Origin: Promethearchaeota archaeon
Lineage (GTDB): Archaea > Asgardarchaeota > Lokiarchaeia > Sigyniarchaeales > SOKP01
Reading direction: 5' to 3'
DNA: 26,234 bases
NCBI GenBank assembly: GCA_011364975.1
Contig: RDOE01000046.1
Span: 1-26,234 of the forward strand
The notes below the pieces were generated by a model that made no database searches, was not told the origin of the DNA, and worked only from the letters and a program-made list of their open reading frames with translations. This document shows positions 1 through 9,007 of this stretch, piece after piece (within the stretch, counting starts at the first letter, position 1; each line of letters begins with the position of its first letter). A program made the translations under genes and the position numbers.

Positions 1-2
1 AC

Positions 3-224
3 TCAAGGTTGCGTCATTTGATAACAAAAGATTATAAGCTCACAATTTATAATGGAGAAGTGAGTTTTGGAGATATTTATGACAGAAAGGATGATCCCGA
101 TGAGTTACATAATTTATGGTTCGAAGAGAATTTTAAGCAAACACGATTTGAATTAGTAAATCGGTTGTTGCATGAAAATCTTAAAGCTCAAACCCGATTA
201 CCTAAAAGAATTGCCGGTACCTAA
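3..224 (+). CDS. Sulfatase-like hydrolase, C-terminal fragment (gene starts upstream of window)
   Basis: Frame is open to the window edge; 'DYKLTIY...GDIYDRKDDPDELHNLW' matches the sulfatase C-terminal (ELYDL..DP.E..NL) motif. Confidence 0.7.
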   Translation, partial: SRLRHLITKDYKLTIYNGEVSFGDIYDRKDDPDELHNLWFEENFKQTRFELVNRLLHENLKAQTRLPKRIAGT

Positions 225-256
225 CAAAATATGAATAATAAAAAAATTGGATAAAA

Positions 257-691
257 TTACATGAAGACGATTGTTCCTTCTCCAGAAGTCACTACTTCAC
301 CATTTTGATTCTTTACAATGGTCTCTGCAATTATAAATTTTAATTTTCCTTCTTTTTTAGTAAACATTTCTTTTACCGTAGCAATAGCAGTAAGAGTATC
401 ACCGAAGAAAACAGGTTTGATGAACTTAACAGTCTGTCCACCGTATAAGATACCAGGTCCAAATAATTTGGTACCTAATACTGCTGAGATTAAACCCGAA
501 CTCAATGCGCCATGAGCAACTTGTTTACCGAACATCTGAGTTTTTGCATATTCTGGATTAACATGTATAGGATTATAATCTCCAGTTACTTCAGCGAATT
601 TCATTACGTCTTCTTCAGTAATAGTTTTAGTAAATTCGGCGGAATCACCAACTTTATAGTCCTCCCATTTGACTGGTTCTAAATCTGACAT
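257..691 (-). CDS. MaoC-family (R)-specific enoyl-CoA hydratase/dehydratase, hot-dog fold
   Basis: Hydratase motif 'FAEVTGDYNPIHVNPEYA...FGKQVAHG' and 'FIKPVFFGDTL'. Confidence 0.92.
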   Translation of the reverse strand: MSDLEPVKWEDYKVGDSAEFTKTITEEDVMKFAEVTGDYNPIHVNPEYAKTQMFGKQVAHGALSSGLISAVLGTKLFGPGILYGGQTVKFIKPVFFGDTLTAIATVKEMFTKKEGKLKFIIAETIVKNQNGEVVTSGEGTIVFM

Positions 692-807
692 AATTATTAA
701 TTAATGTAAATTGAGATAAAAATATTCACTATTACTTAGTCTGACATTAAACCGAAATCTTATTGTAGCACGGTTAATTCCTCACATTTATTTTTAATAA
801 GGTTTGA

Positions 808-2058
808 ATGGTTTTGCATGCCCCCATTACTTCGACACCGATAACAAAAATTAAGAGGAGAAATCTCTTAGCAATATCATTAACTAGAGTGCTTCATGGA
901 TTTGGGTTAGATATATTTAACGTAGTTTACCAACCTTTCTTATTAGAACTCACAAATTCTCTTCTAATAACTGGTATTATTGTTTCTATAGGTTCAGTTA
1001 TGCAATTTTTACCAATGCCGTTAATTGGCAAAATATCTGACAAATATCATAGAAAGATATTAATTACTGCTAGTATGCCTATAACCATCATTGGAATTAC
1101 ATTTTTTATTATTTCTAATCCAAGCGCAATTTATTATGCCATAATTGGTATCATGATATATTTTTTAGGATTTACTCTTAATAATTTAAATTCCCAATTC
1201 GCAATCGCAGAAAACACAGATAAATCTAAAGGCTTTATATATGGGATCATGTTTTTTGCGTTCTTTGGGGGGCGTTTAACTGGCAGTTCCTTTTTAATAA
1301 TTGCATCCTGGATTGAAACGCGAATGTATTTTTTGATCTTTATTTGCATATTAGCAATTGAAGGTTTAATATTTGGATTCTTATTATCAAATAAAAATCA
1401 AATGGCGTCTCGTAATTCGCTAACTTTTTATAATAATTCCGAGAAAAAGGAAAATCTATGGTTAAAAGTTATTAAAACAAAAACATTAAGGTCAATTCTT
1501 ATTTTCTTTACACTCGACATTTTTGTTTATGGACTTTCCTTAACCATTTATAATGCAGGGTTAAGAGATTATTATCAATTAACAAAAGGAGATCTTGCTC
1601 TCCTATCCATAAGTTTTAATTTAACTAATATGATTTTTCAAATACCTGCGGGTAGAATCACTGATAAACTTGGAAATAAAACAACCTTAATTTTAAGTCA
1701 GATATTCGGATTGGGATTTTTTTTAATGAATATTATAGCGTTTTCATTATGGAGTACAGCTATATATCTTTGGCTTATACCAATCTTGATTATCGGGATG
1801 GCATCACTTGCTCTCTCTGTTTGTACTTTTGTTCCCGCGGAACAAGTAATTCTCACTAATTTGGGTGAGAATCGTAAGGCGGAATCTTATGGCATAATTT
1901 CGTTCGCAAGAGGTATAGGCTACATTCCTACAGGATACATTGGGGGATTTTTAGTTGAAAATTTAAACTACGTTGCTCCTTTCATATTTAGTACTATTGG
2001 CGTGTTTGTTGAAATATTATTTCTTTTAAGGTTTTTCCACCATCATCCTCAAACATAG
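808..2058 (+). CDS. MFS transporter
   Basis: About 12 hydrophobic segments; MFS motif A in both halves ('GKISDKYHRK', 'GRITDKLGNK'). Confidence 0.9.
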   Translation: MVLHAPITSTPITKIKRRNLLAISLTRVLHGFGLDIFNVVYQPFLLELTNSLLITGIIVSIGSVMQFLPMPLIGKISDKYHRKILITASMPITIIGITFFIISNPSAIYYAIIGIMIYFLGFTLNNLNSQFAIAENTDKSKGFIYGIMFFAFFGGRLTGSSFLIIASWIETRMYFLIFICILAIEGLIFGFLLSNKNQMASRNSLTFYNNSEKKENLWLKVIKTKTLRSILIFFTLDIFVYGLSLTIYNAGLRDYYQLTKGDLALLSISFNLTNMIFQIPAGRITDKLGNKTTLILSQIFGLGFFLMNIIAFSLWSTAIYLWLIPILIIGMASLALSVCTFVPAEQVILTNLGENRKAESYGIISFARGIGYIPTGYIGGFLVENLNYVAPFIFSTIGVFVEILFLLRFFHHHPQT

Positions 2059-2143
2059 GAGTTAATGAAAAATAATGGGTTAATTTTTTTTATAAGAATG
2101 ATAGATCAGACCTTTTTAATATTGGTTTAATTTATCTTTGATC

Positions 2144-2596
2144 ATGAAATCAATCCAAATCATTCCAATAGGTTTTGTACAAAGGGAATCAAGAGAAGAA
2201 AATGATAAAGATAGGAGTCTTATTTCAAGAATAATAATTAATAAAGATTTAAATGATGCTTTAGATGGAATTGATGATTTTTCTCATATTTATATCATCT
2301 TTTGGATGGATAAAATAAAAGATAATGATTACGTACATCATCCAGGTAAAGTAAAAGATTCAAAACCTTTAGGAATTTTTGCTACGCGATCACCGATTCA
2401 TCCAAATCCATTCGGATTAACATTAGTAAAGCTAATGAAACGAGAGAAAAATATCCTTTGGGTAGAAGGACTTGATGCTCTGGATAATACTCCTATTTTG
2501 GATATTAAGCCCTATCCCGATTGGGAACATGGAATGTGCATCGTCGTTACCGATTTTAAGATTCCAAATTGGTTAAAAAAAGAACAGAAAGCCTAA
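2144..2596 (+). CDS. tsaA: TsaA/TrmO-like (UPF0066) SAM-binding protein, putative tRNA methyltransferase, single domain
   Basis: 'PIGFV', 'LDGIDDFSHIYIIFW', 'GIFATRSPIHPNP', 'GLDALDNTPILDIKPY'. ATG at 2144 preferred; TTG at 2138 is an alternative. Confidence 0.85.
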   Translation: MKSIQIIPIGFVQRESREENDKDRSLISRIIINKDLNDALDGIDDFSHIYIIFWMDKIKDNDYVHHPGKVKDSKPLGIFATRSPIHPNPFGLTLVKLMKREKNILWVEGLDALDNTPILDIKPYPDWEHGMCIVVTDFKIPNWLKKEQKA

Positions 2597-2757
2597 GATA
2601 TATACTATTTTGAGATTTTTTCCCCAAAATCCGGATTCATTGATATTAGTAAAAACTAATAATAATTCATAATAGAAAAAATAAGAAATAAAATCATTCG
2701 AAAATTCAATTAAATTAATTTAAAATTTATTCATAATTATAAAAAAAGGGAAAATAA

Positions 2758-4017
2758 ATGGGAAAATTAGCAAGAAGAGTCGCAATTGTAGGAGCGGGTA
2801 TGAGTAAATTTGGACAATGGTTTCCTCTTAAACGAAATCCTGATCTTTGGGTTGACGCGTGGATTGATGCTTTAAATAGGGTAGATAATGGAATAGAACC
2901 AAAAGAGATTGATGCGTGTTATGTTGGGAATTATTCTTCAGATCTATTTAACCATCAAGGACATTTAGGACCACAAATGGCAAACTTAGTGGGATTAACT
3001 CCAAAACCAGCTCCAAGATTTGAAGGTGCATGTGCTAGTAGCGGAGTTGCGTTTAGACAAGCAATTTTAGCTATCGCATCAGGAGTACATGATGTAATTA
3101 CAGTATGTGGATGTGAAAGTATGACAGAGGTGTCTACAACATTAGTAACCGATACTTTAGCAACAGCTTCCGATAATATTTTCGAATATCCTGCTGGAGC
3201 TACATTCCCGGGATTATATGCTGCTATTGCCTCTGCTCATTTTCATAAATATGGTACCACACCAGAAGATTTAATGAGAGTGGGGATAAAAAATCATGAA
3301 AATGGTAAAGAAAATCCTTTTGCTCAGATGCAGCAATCTATTAAAGATATTATGGCAAGCAAAATAAAAAAGGCTGAAAGCCAAGGAGGAAGTATTCCCG
3401 AATGGAAAGATGAAATAGATTTTTTAAAAAGTTCCTCAAATCCGATGATTGCCTCACCTTTAAGGTTATTTGATTGCTCATTAGTTACTGACGGTGCTGC
3501 TTGTTTGTTTTTAGCTGCCGAAGATGTTGCCAAGAAATATACCGATACACCAATCTGGATAACCGGTACAGGTCAAGGAAGTGCATCACTCTCTTTACAT
3601 GATCGCAATGATATCACCAGCTTTATTGCAACAAAAGAAGCCGCAAAGCAAGCATATCTAATGGCTGGTTTACAACCAAAAGATATTCAAATAGCTGAAG
3701 TGCATGACTGCTTTACAATTGCTGAAATTTTAGCGATGGAAGATTTAGGTTTTTATGAAAAAGGAAAAGCAGCCGAAGCTATAAAAAATGGAGAATCAAA
3801 AAGAGATGGAATCCTTCCAATAAACACATCAGGGGGTTTAAAATCTAAAGGACATCCCGTAGGAGCAACTGGAGCGGCTATGGCAGTAGAAATATTTAAA
3901 CAGATGAGAGGAATTGCTGAAAGGAATAGACAAGTAAAATTTGATGTTGAAAAAGCTCTTACTCATAACCTTGGGGGGAGTGGTGGAACGTGTGTAGTCA
4001 CGATATATCAAAAATGA
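2758..4017 (+). CDS. Thiolase (acetyl-CoA C-acyltransferase), archaeal/SCP-x type
   Basis: Nucleophile 'EGACASSG', 'EVHDCF', 'KGHPVGATG', C-terminal 'HNLGGSG'; followed directly by a DUF35 gene. Confidence 0.93.
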   Translation: MGKLARRVAIVGAGMSKFGQWFPLKRNPDLWVDAWIDALNRVDNGIEPKEIDACYVGNYSSDLFNHQGHLGPQMANLVGLTPKPAPRFEGACASSGVAFRQAILAIASGVHDVITVCGCESMTEVSTTLVTDTLATASDNIFEYPAGATFPGLYAAIASAHFHKYGTTPEDLMRVGIKNHENGKENPFAQMQQSIKDIMASKIKKAESQGGSIPEWKDEIDFLKSSSNPMIASPLRLFDCSLVTDGAACLFLAAEDVAKKYTDTPIWITGTGQGSASLSLHDRNDITSFIATKEAAKQAYLMAGLQPKDIQIAEVHDCFTIAEILAMEDLGFYEKGKAAEAIKNGESKRDGILPINTSGGLKSKGHPVGATGAAMAVEIFKQMRGIAERNRQVKFDVEKALTHNLGGSGGTCVVTIYQK

Positions 4018-4030
4018 GGTGAAAATGAAA

Positions 4031-4453
4031 ATGTCAGAGCAGAAAGAGATTACGATTCAGAATTATTTGGAATACATTCAAAGTAAAAAATTAATGGGTT
4101 CCAAATGTAAAAAATGTAACGCCCTATATGTACCTCCAAGAAAATTATGCACTGAATGCAATTCTACTGAATTAGAATGGATTGAAATGTCTGGTAAAGG
4201 AAAAATTGCAGCATTCTCATGTATTGGAGTTGGAACAACATTTATGGTCAATAAAGGTTATTCTATGAAGAAGCCCTATTGTTTTTCAGTTATAAAGCTC
4301 AATGAGGGTCCTATGGTTTCTGGACAATTAATAGGTGTTGATGAATCAAAACCAGAGACTATTCTTATTGGAACACCCGTTGGAGTATCATTTATTGAAA
4401 CAGAACTGAAGGGTGGAGAAACTCGAATAGATTTAGGTTTTAAACCTATTTAA
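4031..4453 (+). CDS. DUF35 Zn-ribbon/OB-fold protein, thiolase partner
   Basis: 'CKKC...VPPRKLCTEC' ribbon then OB fold ('SGKGKI', 'KPY...IKLNEGP'). GAGGTGA at 4016-4022 overlaps the thiolase stop and favours ATG 4031; GTG 4019 and ATG 4025 are also in frame. Confidence 0.9.
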   Translation: MSEQKEITIQNYLEYIQSKKLMGSKCKKCNALYVPPRKLCTECNSTELEWIEMSGKGKIAAFSCIGVGTTFMVNKGYSMKKPYCFSVIKLNEGPMVSGQLIGVDESKPETILIGTPVGVSFIETELKGGETRIDLGFKPI

Positions 4454-4531
4454 GCAATTTGGAAAATTTTATTTAATTTTTTTATTTTATTATTTAAATT
4501 AAGATTAGTAGTTAGCATTTGGTGGGTTAAA

Positions 4532-5710
4532 ATCAAACGTAAAACAACTATAATAATTATCATATTAATTATAGTTCTAGTCACTTCGGGATTAATTATT
4601 TCATTATTCATTTTTAATAAAAATCCTTTTTACAATATAGATATAGATTTAAATTTTGATGAAAGCCAAGCTTTTTCATATATAGAGGATCAATTGAATA
4701 TTAACACTACTCATTATCGAATTCCAGGTACTCAAGGTAGAGATGAATGTGCCAAATATATTATATCCAAGTTTCAACAGATTGACTCAAATTTTACTTG
4801 CATTCTCCATAATTTTACAGTAAATTCTGTAGGGTGCCAAAATTTATTGTTTAAAATGAATCTAAATTACTCAAACATTTTAATATTAGGTTCTCATTAT
4901 GATTCAAGAGCAAGAGCTACAAAGGATCCGGTTGATACTGATGCACCCGTTCCCGGTGCTAATGATGGTGCAAGTGGAAGTGCAGTATTAATTGAATTAG
5001 CTAATATATTATTTAAAAGGAAAGATGAACTCTCTGTACAGATTTGGTTTCTGTTTTTTGATGCTGAAGATCAAGGGTACGATTTAGGGCCTGGTATATC
5101 AGGTTGGGATTGGTGCGAAGGTTCTGAAAGGTTTGTAATTGATATTACAGGATTCTACAATAATTCTAAGGAAAATTTTGATGCAATGATATTATTAGAT
5201 ATGGTTGGTGGAACCAATCTTCAATTTATTAATGAACAACGCTCAACATCTTCTTTATTAGATGAATTATTCCAAACAGGCCGCGAATTAGGATACACTA
5301 ATCAGTTTCCTTCAAATCCAATTGTTGCCTCAATTTCTGACGATCATGTTGCTTTCATCGATTATGGTATTCCTTCAGCCGACTTAATTATCAACTTTTG
5401 GAATAATCCAAACTGGCCCTATCATCATACGACCCAAGATGATCTAATACATATATCAAATTATAGTTTAGAGGTTACGGGAAAAACTGTTGAACAATTT
5501 ATCTATAACAATTATTATAATTCTTCTAACCACAATTCTCAATGGAGTAATGATATCAATCTTCTTGATACAGATACATTAATTATTTTGATCTCTCTTA
5601 TATCTATTATTGGAGTTATATCCATCATTTTATATTTAAGATATAAACTTAGGAGAATAAGAGATAATGAAAATTTAAATCGAGGTATGAAAATAAGCAA
5701 TATTATCTAA
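4532..5710 (+). CDS. M28-family metallohydrolase, glutaminyl-cyclase-like, with N-terminal signal anchor and C-terminal TM helix
   Basis: 'GSHYDSR', 'GANDGASG', 'FFDAEDQG', 'LLDMVG', 'DDH', 'HHTTQD'. The frame is open upstream of TTG 4694 and encodes 'IKRKTTIIIIILIIVLVTSGLIISLFIF...FDESQAFSYI'. Start placed tentatively at ATC 4532. Confidence 0.82.
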   Translation: MKRKTTIIIIILIIVLVTSGLIISLFIFNKNPFYNIDIDLNFDESQAFSYIEDQLNINTTHYRIPGTQGRDECAKYIISKFQQIDSNFTCILHNFTVNSVGCQNLLFKMNLNYSNILILGSHYDSRARATKDPVDTDAPVPGANDGASGSAVLIELANILFKRKDELSVQIWFLFFDAEDQGYDLGPGISGWDWCEGSERFVIDITGFYNNSKENFDAMILLDMVGGTNLQFINEQRSTSSLLDELFQTGRELGYTNQFPSNPIVASISDDHVAFIDYGIPSADLIINFWNNPNWPYHHTTQDDLIHISNYSLEVTGKTVEQFIYNNYYNSSNHNSQWSNDINLLDTDTLIILISLISIIGVISIILYLRYKLRRIRDNENLNRGMKISNII

Positions 5711-6333
5711 TTCTTATCTTTAATGGCTAAAAATGCTCTGTGATTTGTCTTATCAATATACGTTTCCAATAGAGTAAATGATTTAAAAATTGACTTAAAC
5801 TCTCTTATCGTGAAAAAATGATGAGGTATACCTTTCTCCTGACCTTTTTGCGGGATAAATGTTTTTGGTTCAACTTTCTTTAAATCCCATTCTTCTCGAC
5901 TAAAGACGTTTAAGATCGGTACCGTAATAAAAATATATCCCCTTGGTTTCAATATTCTATCTATTTCTTGGGCGGTAAATATTATATCTTTCAATAAATT
6001 ATGATGGATTACTTGTATTGATATGATTGCATCGAAATATTCATTGGGATAAGGAAATTCTTGTTCAATTCTCTGACAACTTAACTCTACGTTCTGATTT
6101 TCCTCAGACAACCAATTTTTTGCTATCTCTAAACCTTTTGGAGAACCATCTAAACCATATACATCAAAACCTTCTTTAGACAAAAAAAGTAGATGGCGCC
6201 CAGTACCACATCCCAAATCTAATAATTTTTTAAAATTATTATCTTTGAATAACCTAGTAAGTTTTTGCATATCCGGATGCGGTTCTAAAAACACCTTACC
6301 GCGATTAGTAAAGATGTCATTCCAATCTGGCAT
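5707..6333 (-). CDS. Class I SAM-dependent methyltransferase
   Basis: 'LLDLGCGTGRH', 'VYGLDGS', 'FDAIISIQVIHH', 'RILKPRGYIFI'. Confidence 0.9.
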   Translation of the reverse strand: MPDWNDIFTNRGKVFLEPHPDMQKLTRLFKDNNFKKLLDLGCGTGRHLLFLSKEGFDVYGLDGSPKGLEIAKNWLSEENQNVELSCQRIEQEFPYPNEYFDAIISIQVIHHNLLKDIIFTAQEIDRILKPRGYIFITVPILNVFSREEWDLKKVEPKTFIPQKGQEKGIPHHFFTIREFKSIFKSFTLLETYIDKTNHRAFLAIKDKN

Positions 6334-6338
6334 TTGAA

Positions 6339-7307
6339 CTACCTAGTACGTCTCTCTTCGCATTCATAGAAATACTTTCCATACTTTTCTTTGAAAGCCT
6401 CAGCATGTTCGTCTACTTTCGGACGAATGAATTCTTGTCCATCCTTTATTGCTTCATAAGTCACTGGAAGTGGACCTAATACTTCTCCATCAACTTGGCA
6501 GAAGTAGGGTTCCTCATCAACGTTTTTCATTTCAATCCTTACCTTCCTACTCTGATATTCAAATACATTTGGATGAGGTAAAAGTGAGCCGCTATACATT
6601 TTAGAAAATTGAATTAATAGTTTTAATTTACTAATATCAACAATACTTATATCAAATAATCCATCATCGACTTTAGCACGTTGACAAATATACATTCCAC
6701 CCCCGTATGCCCCACCATTTCCAACAGCAACTAAATTTGCCAAATTCTCATAATTATCGTTATCCATTTTAACTATTATCTCTTTACTTTTAAAGGAAAA
6801 CAGACACTGAAAAATAATTAAATTATAATTTTTTCCTCCTTTCACATTTGATCTTCGCGCTACCTCTGCATCAAATCCTTGGCTTCCTATACCTAAAAAA
6901 TATCTATCAATTCCCTCATCAGTCTTTGCATAACCGATATCACTTTTACTTGAATAATCTTCTGCGATTACTTCACAAGCTCTCTTAATATCCGCTTTTA
7001 TCCCTATTGCAGCAGGTATATCGTTTCCAGAACCCATAGGAATAAATCCACATAATGCTCCTGTATTTGAGGTTACTACTCCATGTAACACTTGATTTGC
7101 AGTTCCGTCTCCTCCAGCCCCAATAACACGATAACCATCTTTAGCCATTTGTTGCGCTAATTCAATAGCATGTTTATCATACTCAGTTTCGACCAATTTA
7201 TATGAAATATTAAGTTTATCTAAGCATTTGAATGCAAATTCTAAGTCTTTCTTAGTTTTCCCTTTTTTGGCAATTGGATTATATATAATAGCGTAATCCG
7301 CTTTCAT
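6339..7307 (-). CDS. Diacylglycerol/lipid kinase family (YegS/DgkB/BmrU)
   Basis: 'IIYNPIA', 'GGDGT', 'IPMGSGND', 'GFDA', 'YGGG', 'DDGLFD', 'QVDGE'. ATG 7307; GTG 7316 is an alternative. Confidence 0.9.
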   Translation of the reverse strand: MKADYAIIYNPIAKKGKTKKDLEFAFKCLDKLNISYKLVETEYDKHAIELAQQMAKDGYRVIGAGGDGTANQVLHGVVTSNTGALCGFIPMGSGNDIPAAIGIKADIKRACEVIAEDYSSKSDIGYAKTDEGIDRYFLGIGSQGFDAEVARRSNVKGGKNYNLIIFQCLFSFKSKEIIVKMDNDNYENLANLVAVGNGGAYGGGMYICQRAKVDDGLFDISIVDISKLKLLIQFSKMYSGSLLPHPNVFEYQSRKVRIEMKNVDEEPYFCQVDGEVLGPLPVTYEAIKDGQEFIRPKVDEHAEAFKEKYGKYFYECEERRTR

Positions 7308-7491
7308 TTTAAACACTTGTAATTTTTGTTTGTTAAAAGCTTAAATAAATGAATAATATAACTTTAAATGTTCAAGAATTTAAAATTTTTAGTTTCTGCC
7401 TTTTTAATCATTTCAAGCTTTTATCATATGATTAGATATTAGTATATTAAAATAGAATTAAAAAGGACTTCAAGTATTAAATAATTTTAGT

Positions 7492-8007
7492 CTATTTTTC
7501 TTTCCATACACAACCACACCCTGAACAGGTATAGATTTTTCCATATATCCGAGGGAAATGGCTTATAATATCTGTTTTATCAATTGATTCATGAATCTTA
7601 AACCAGTTTTCATTAGCACAAATAGGGCACAATCTGCGACCATCTGGTTTTGGAATAATTAAAACCTTACCAGAATGATAAAGCGATTTATTATATCTTA
7701 TTGTATTTATCTCATTCTCTTGATCTGATAAATCTTTCATAAATGAATTAAAGGAGTTGGTTTGAGAGCCTCCGTTCCCATTATCTTGTTCAATAGTAGA
7801 TTGAGACAATTGTGTTTTAATTAATTTAATATAGCTTATTACGATTGGACCTATTTCTTTTTTTTTAGGTAATCTGTCATATTGCTTTACAAAATTATTC
7901 AAAAAATCGTCTACACTAGACTTTTCTATATTATATCCTTCCTTTTCAATTCCACGGATTATATCCTTAATAATGTATTCCTTTAATAATGGATCTTCCA
8001 TAAACAT
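7492..8007 (-). CDS. Hypothetical protein with C-terminal zinc ribbon
   Basis: 'GRRLCPIC...PRIYGKIYTCSGCG..W' gives two CxxC pairs. GGTGAGG just upstream of ATG 8007 suggests this start rather than the ORF-track start at 8106. Confidence 0.7.
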   Translation of the reverse strand: MFMEDPLLKEYIIKDIIRGIEKEGYNIEKSSVDDFLNNFVKQYDRLPKKKEIGPIVISYIKLIKTQLSQSTIEQDNGNGGSQTNSFNSFMKDLSDQENEINTIRYNKSLYHSGKVLIIPKPDGRRLCPICANENWFKIHESIDKTDIISHFPRIYGKIYTCSGCGCVWKEK

Positions 8008-8249
8008 AAAATAAACCCTCACCCTAAAGAGGTCATAAAATTGTCGAAATATTTTCTCAACTGATAAGAATAGAGTAAGATTTTTTACTATTAAATATTT
8101 TCTCAAAATCGAGTGATTCCGATCTTGGAGTTATTACTAATTTATTTGTCCATAATATCTGAACTCCCTATTATCGGATTAACCAAAATTTATATGTTTA
8201 AATTTATTTATCTAGTCAAAGAAAGGCTAAGGATACAGAAGATAAATAC

Positions 8250-8876
8250 ATGAAAAGCGCAACAGAAAAAGAAAAGAAAAAATTTCTTAATAAAAAAGTA
8301 ATTTTTGCTATAGTTATGATTAGTGTTGCATTCTTTGGCTCTTTTTTAGTGTATTTCATCCTTCAAGTTGCTCTTAATACAGAATCTCCTATAGTAGTTG
8401 TCGTTTCTGGGTCAATGGAACCTACTATTCATGAAGGAGACTTACTTTTTGTTAAAGGAACTAGCCCTGAGGATATAAAAAACGGAACTGCTGAAGATAA
8501 AGATGGAGATATTATTGTTTTTGATGCAAGAGGATTATGGATTGGAGCCCCAGAGGAACCTATTGTTCATAGAGTAATTGATAAATTTTTTGTTGGCGAC
8601 ATTTGGTATTTTAGAACAAAAGGTGACGCAAATTCCTTACCTGATGCAGCTCCAGTTCCAGAGTCAAATGTTATCGGTGTAGTTATAGGTGGTATACCTT
8701 ATATTGGTTGGGTTAAAATTTTTCTCACTAGATCTGGACTGTTAATACCACTCCTTGTAATCATATCCGCACTCCTCATCATTAGTATCATTCGAGATAT
8801 TATGAAAGGTGAAGAGGAGGATGAAGTTAAGGATAAAAAAGCTGATGAAGAAATCAGTAATGAAAAACGTGATTAA
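8250..8876 (+). CDS. sec11: Signal peptidase I, archaeal/ER (Sec11) type
   Basis: N-terminal TM, 'VVSGSMEP', 'GDLLF', 'GDIIVF', 'PIVHRVI', 'TKGDAN', C-terminal TM; Ser-His-Asp type. Confidence 0.93.
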   Translation: MKSATEKEKKKFLNKKVIFAIVMISVAFFGSFLVYFILQVALNTESPIVVVVSGSMEPTIHEGDLLFVKGTSPEDIKNGTAEDKDGDIIVFDARGLWIGAPEEPIVHRVIDKFFVGDIWYFRTKGDANSLPDAAPVPESNVIGVVIGGIPYIGWVKIFLTRSGLLIPLLVIISALLIISIIRDIMKGEEEDEVKDKKADEEISNEKRD

Positions 8877-9007
8877 CCTCGGAGTTTTACGATGTAATCC
8901 TATCTTCTTTTAGATTAAATATAATAATTTTTTATATTACTTATACTAACTATAAATTACTACATTAATAGCAGCAAAATTTAGAAATAGAAAAATGGTG
9001 TTTAATA

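Noticed and set aside
318-515. 65-aa + strand ORF
   Set aside because: Antisense shadow of the MaoC gene.
1134-1349. 71-aa - strand ORF
   Set aside because: Antisense to the MFS transporter; no motifs.
2628-2722. Palindromes AATCCGGATT and TAAATTAATTTA upstream of the thiolase
   Set aside because: Short or pure A/T; expected by chance in this composition.
3324-3533. 69-aa - strand ORF
   Set aside because: Antisense shadow within the thiolase.
4451-4531. DUF35 and M28 frames separated by a single TAA (possible read-through fusion)
   Set aside because: The intervening sequence is a T-rich terminator-like tract, and fusing a cytoplasmic partner to a secreted enzyme is implausible.
7334-7423. 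Imperfect inverted repeat TAAAAGCTT...AAGCTTTTA (MITE-like?)
   Set aside because: AT-rich with a self-palindromic core, no target-site duplication and no second copy.
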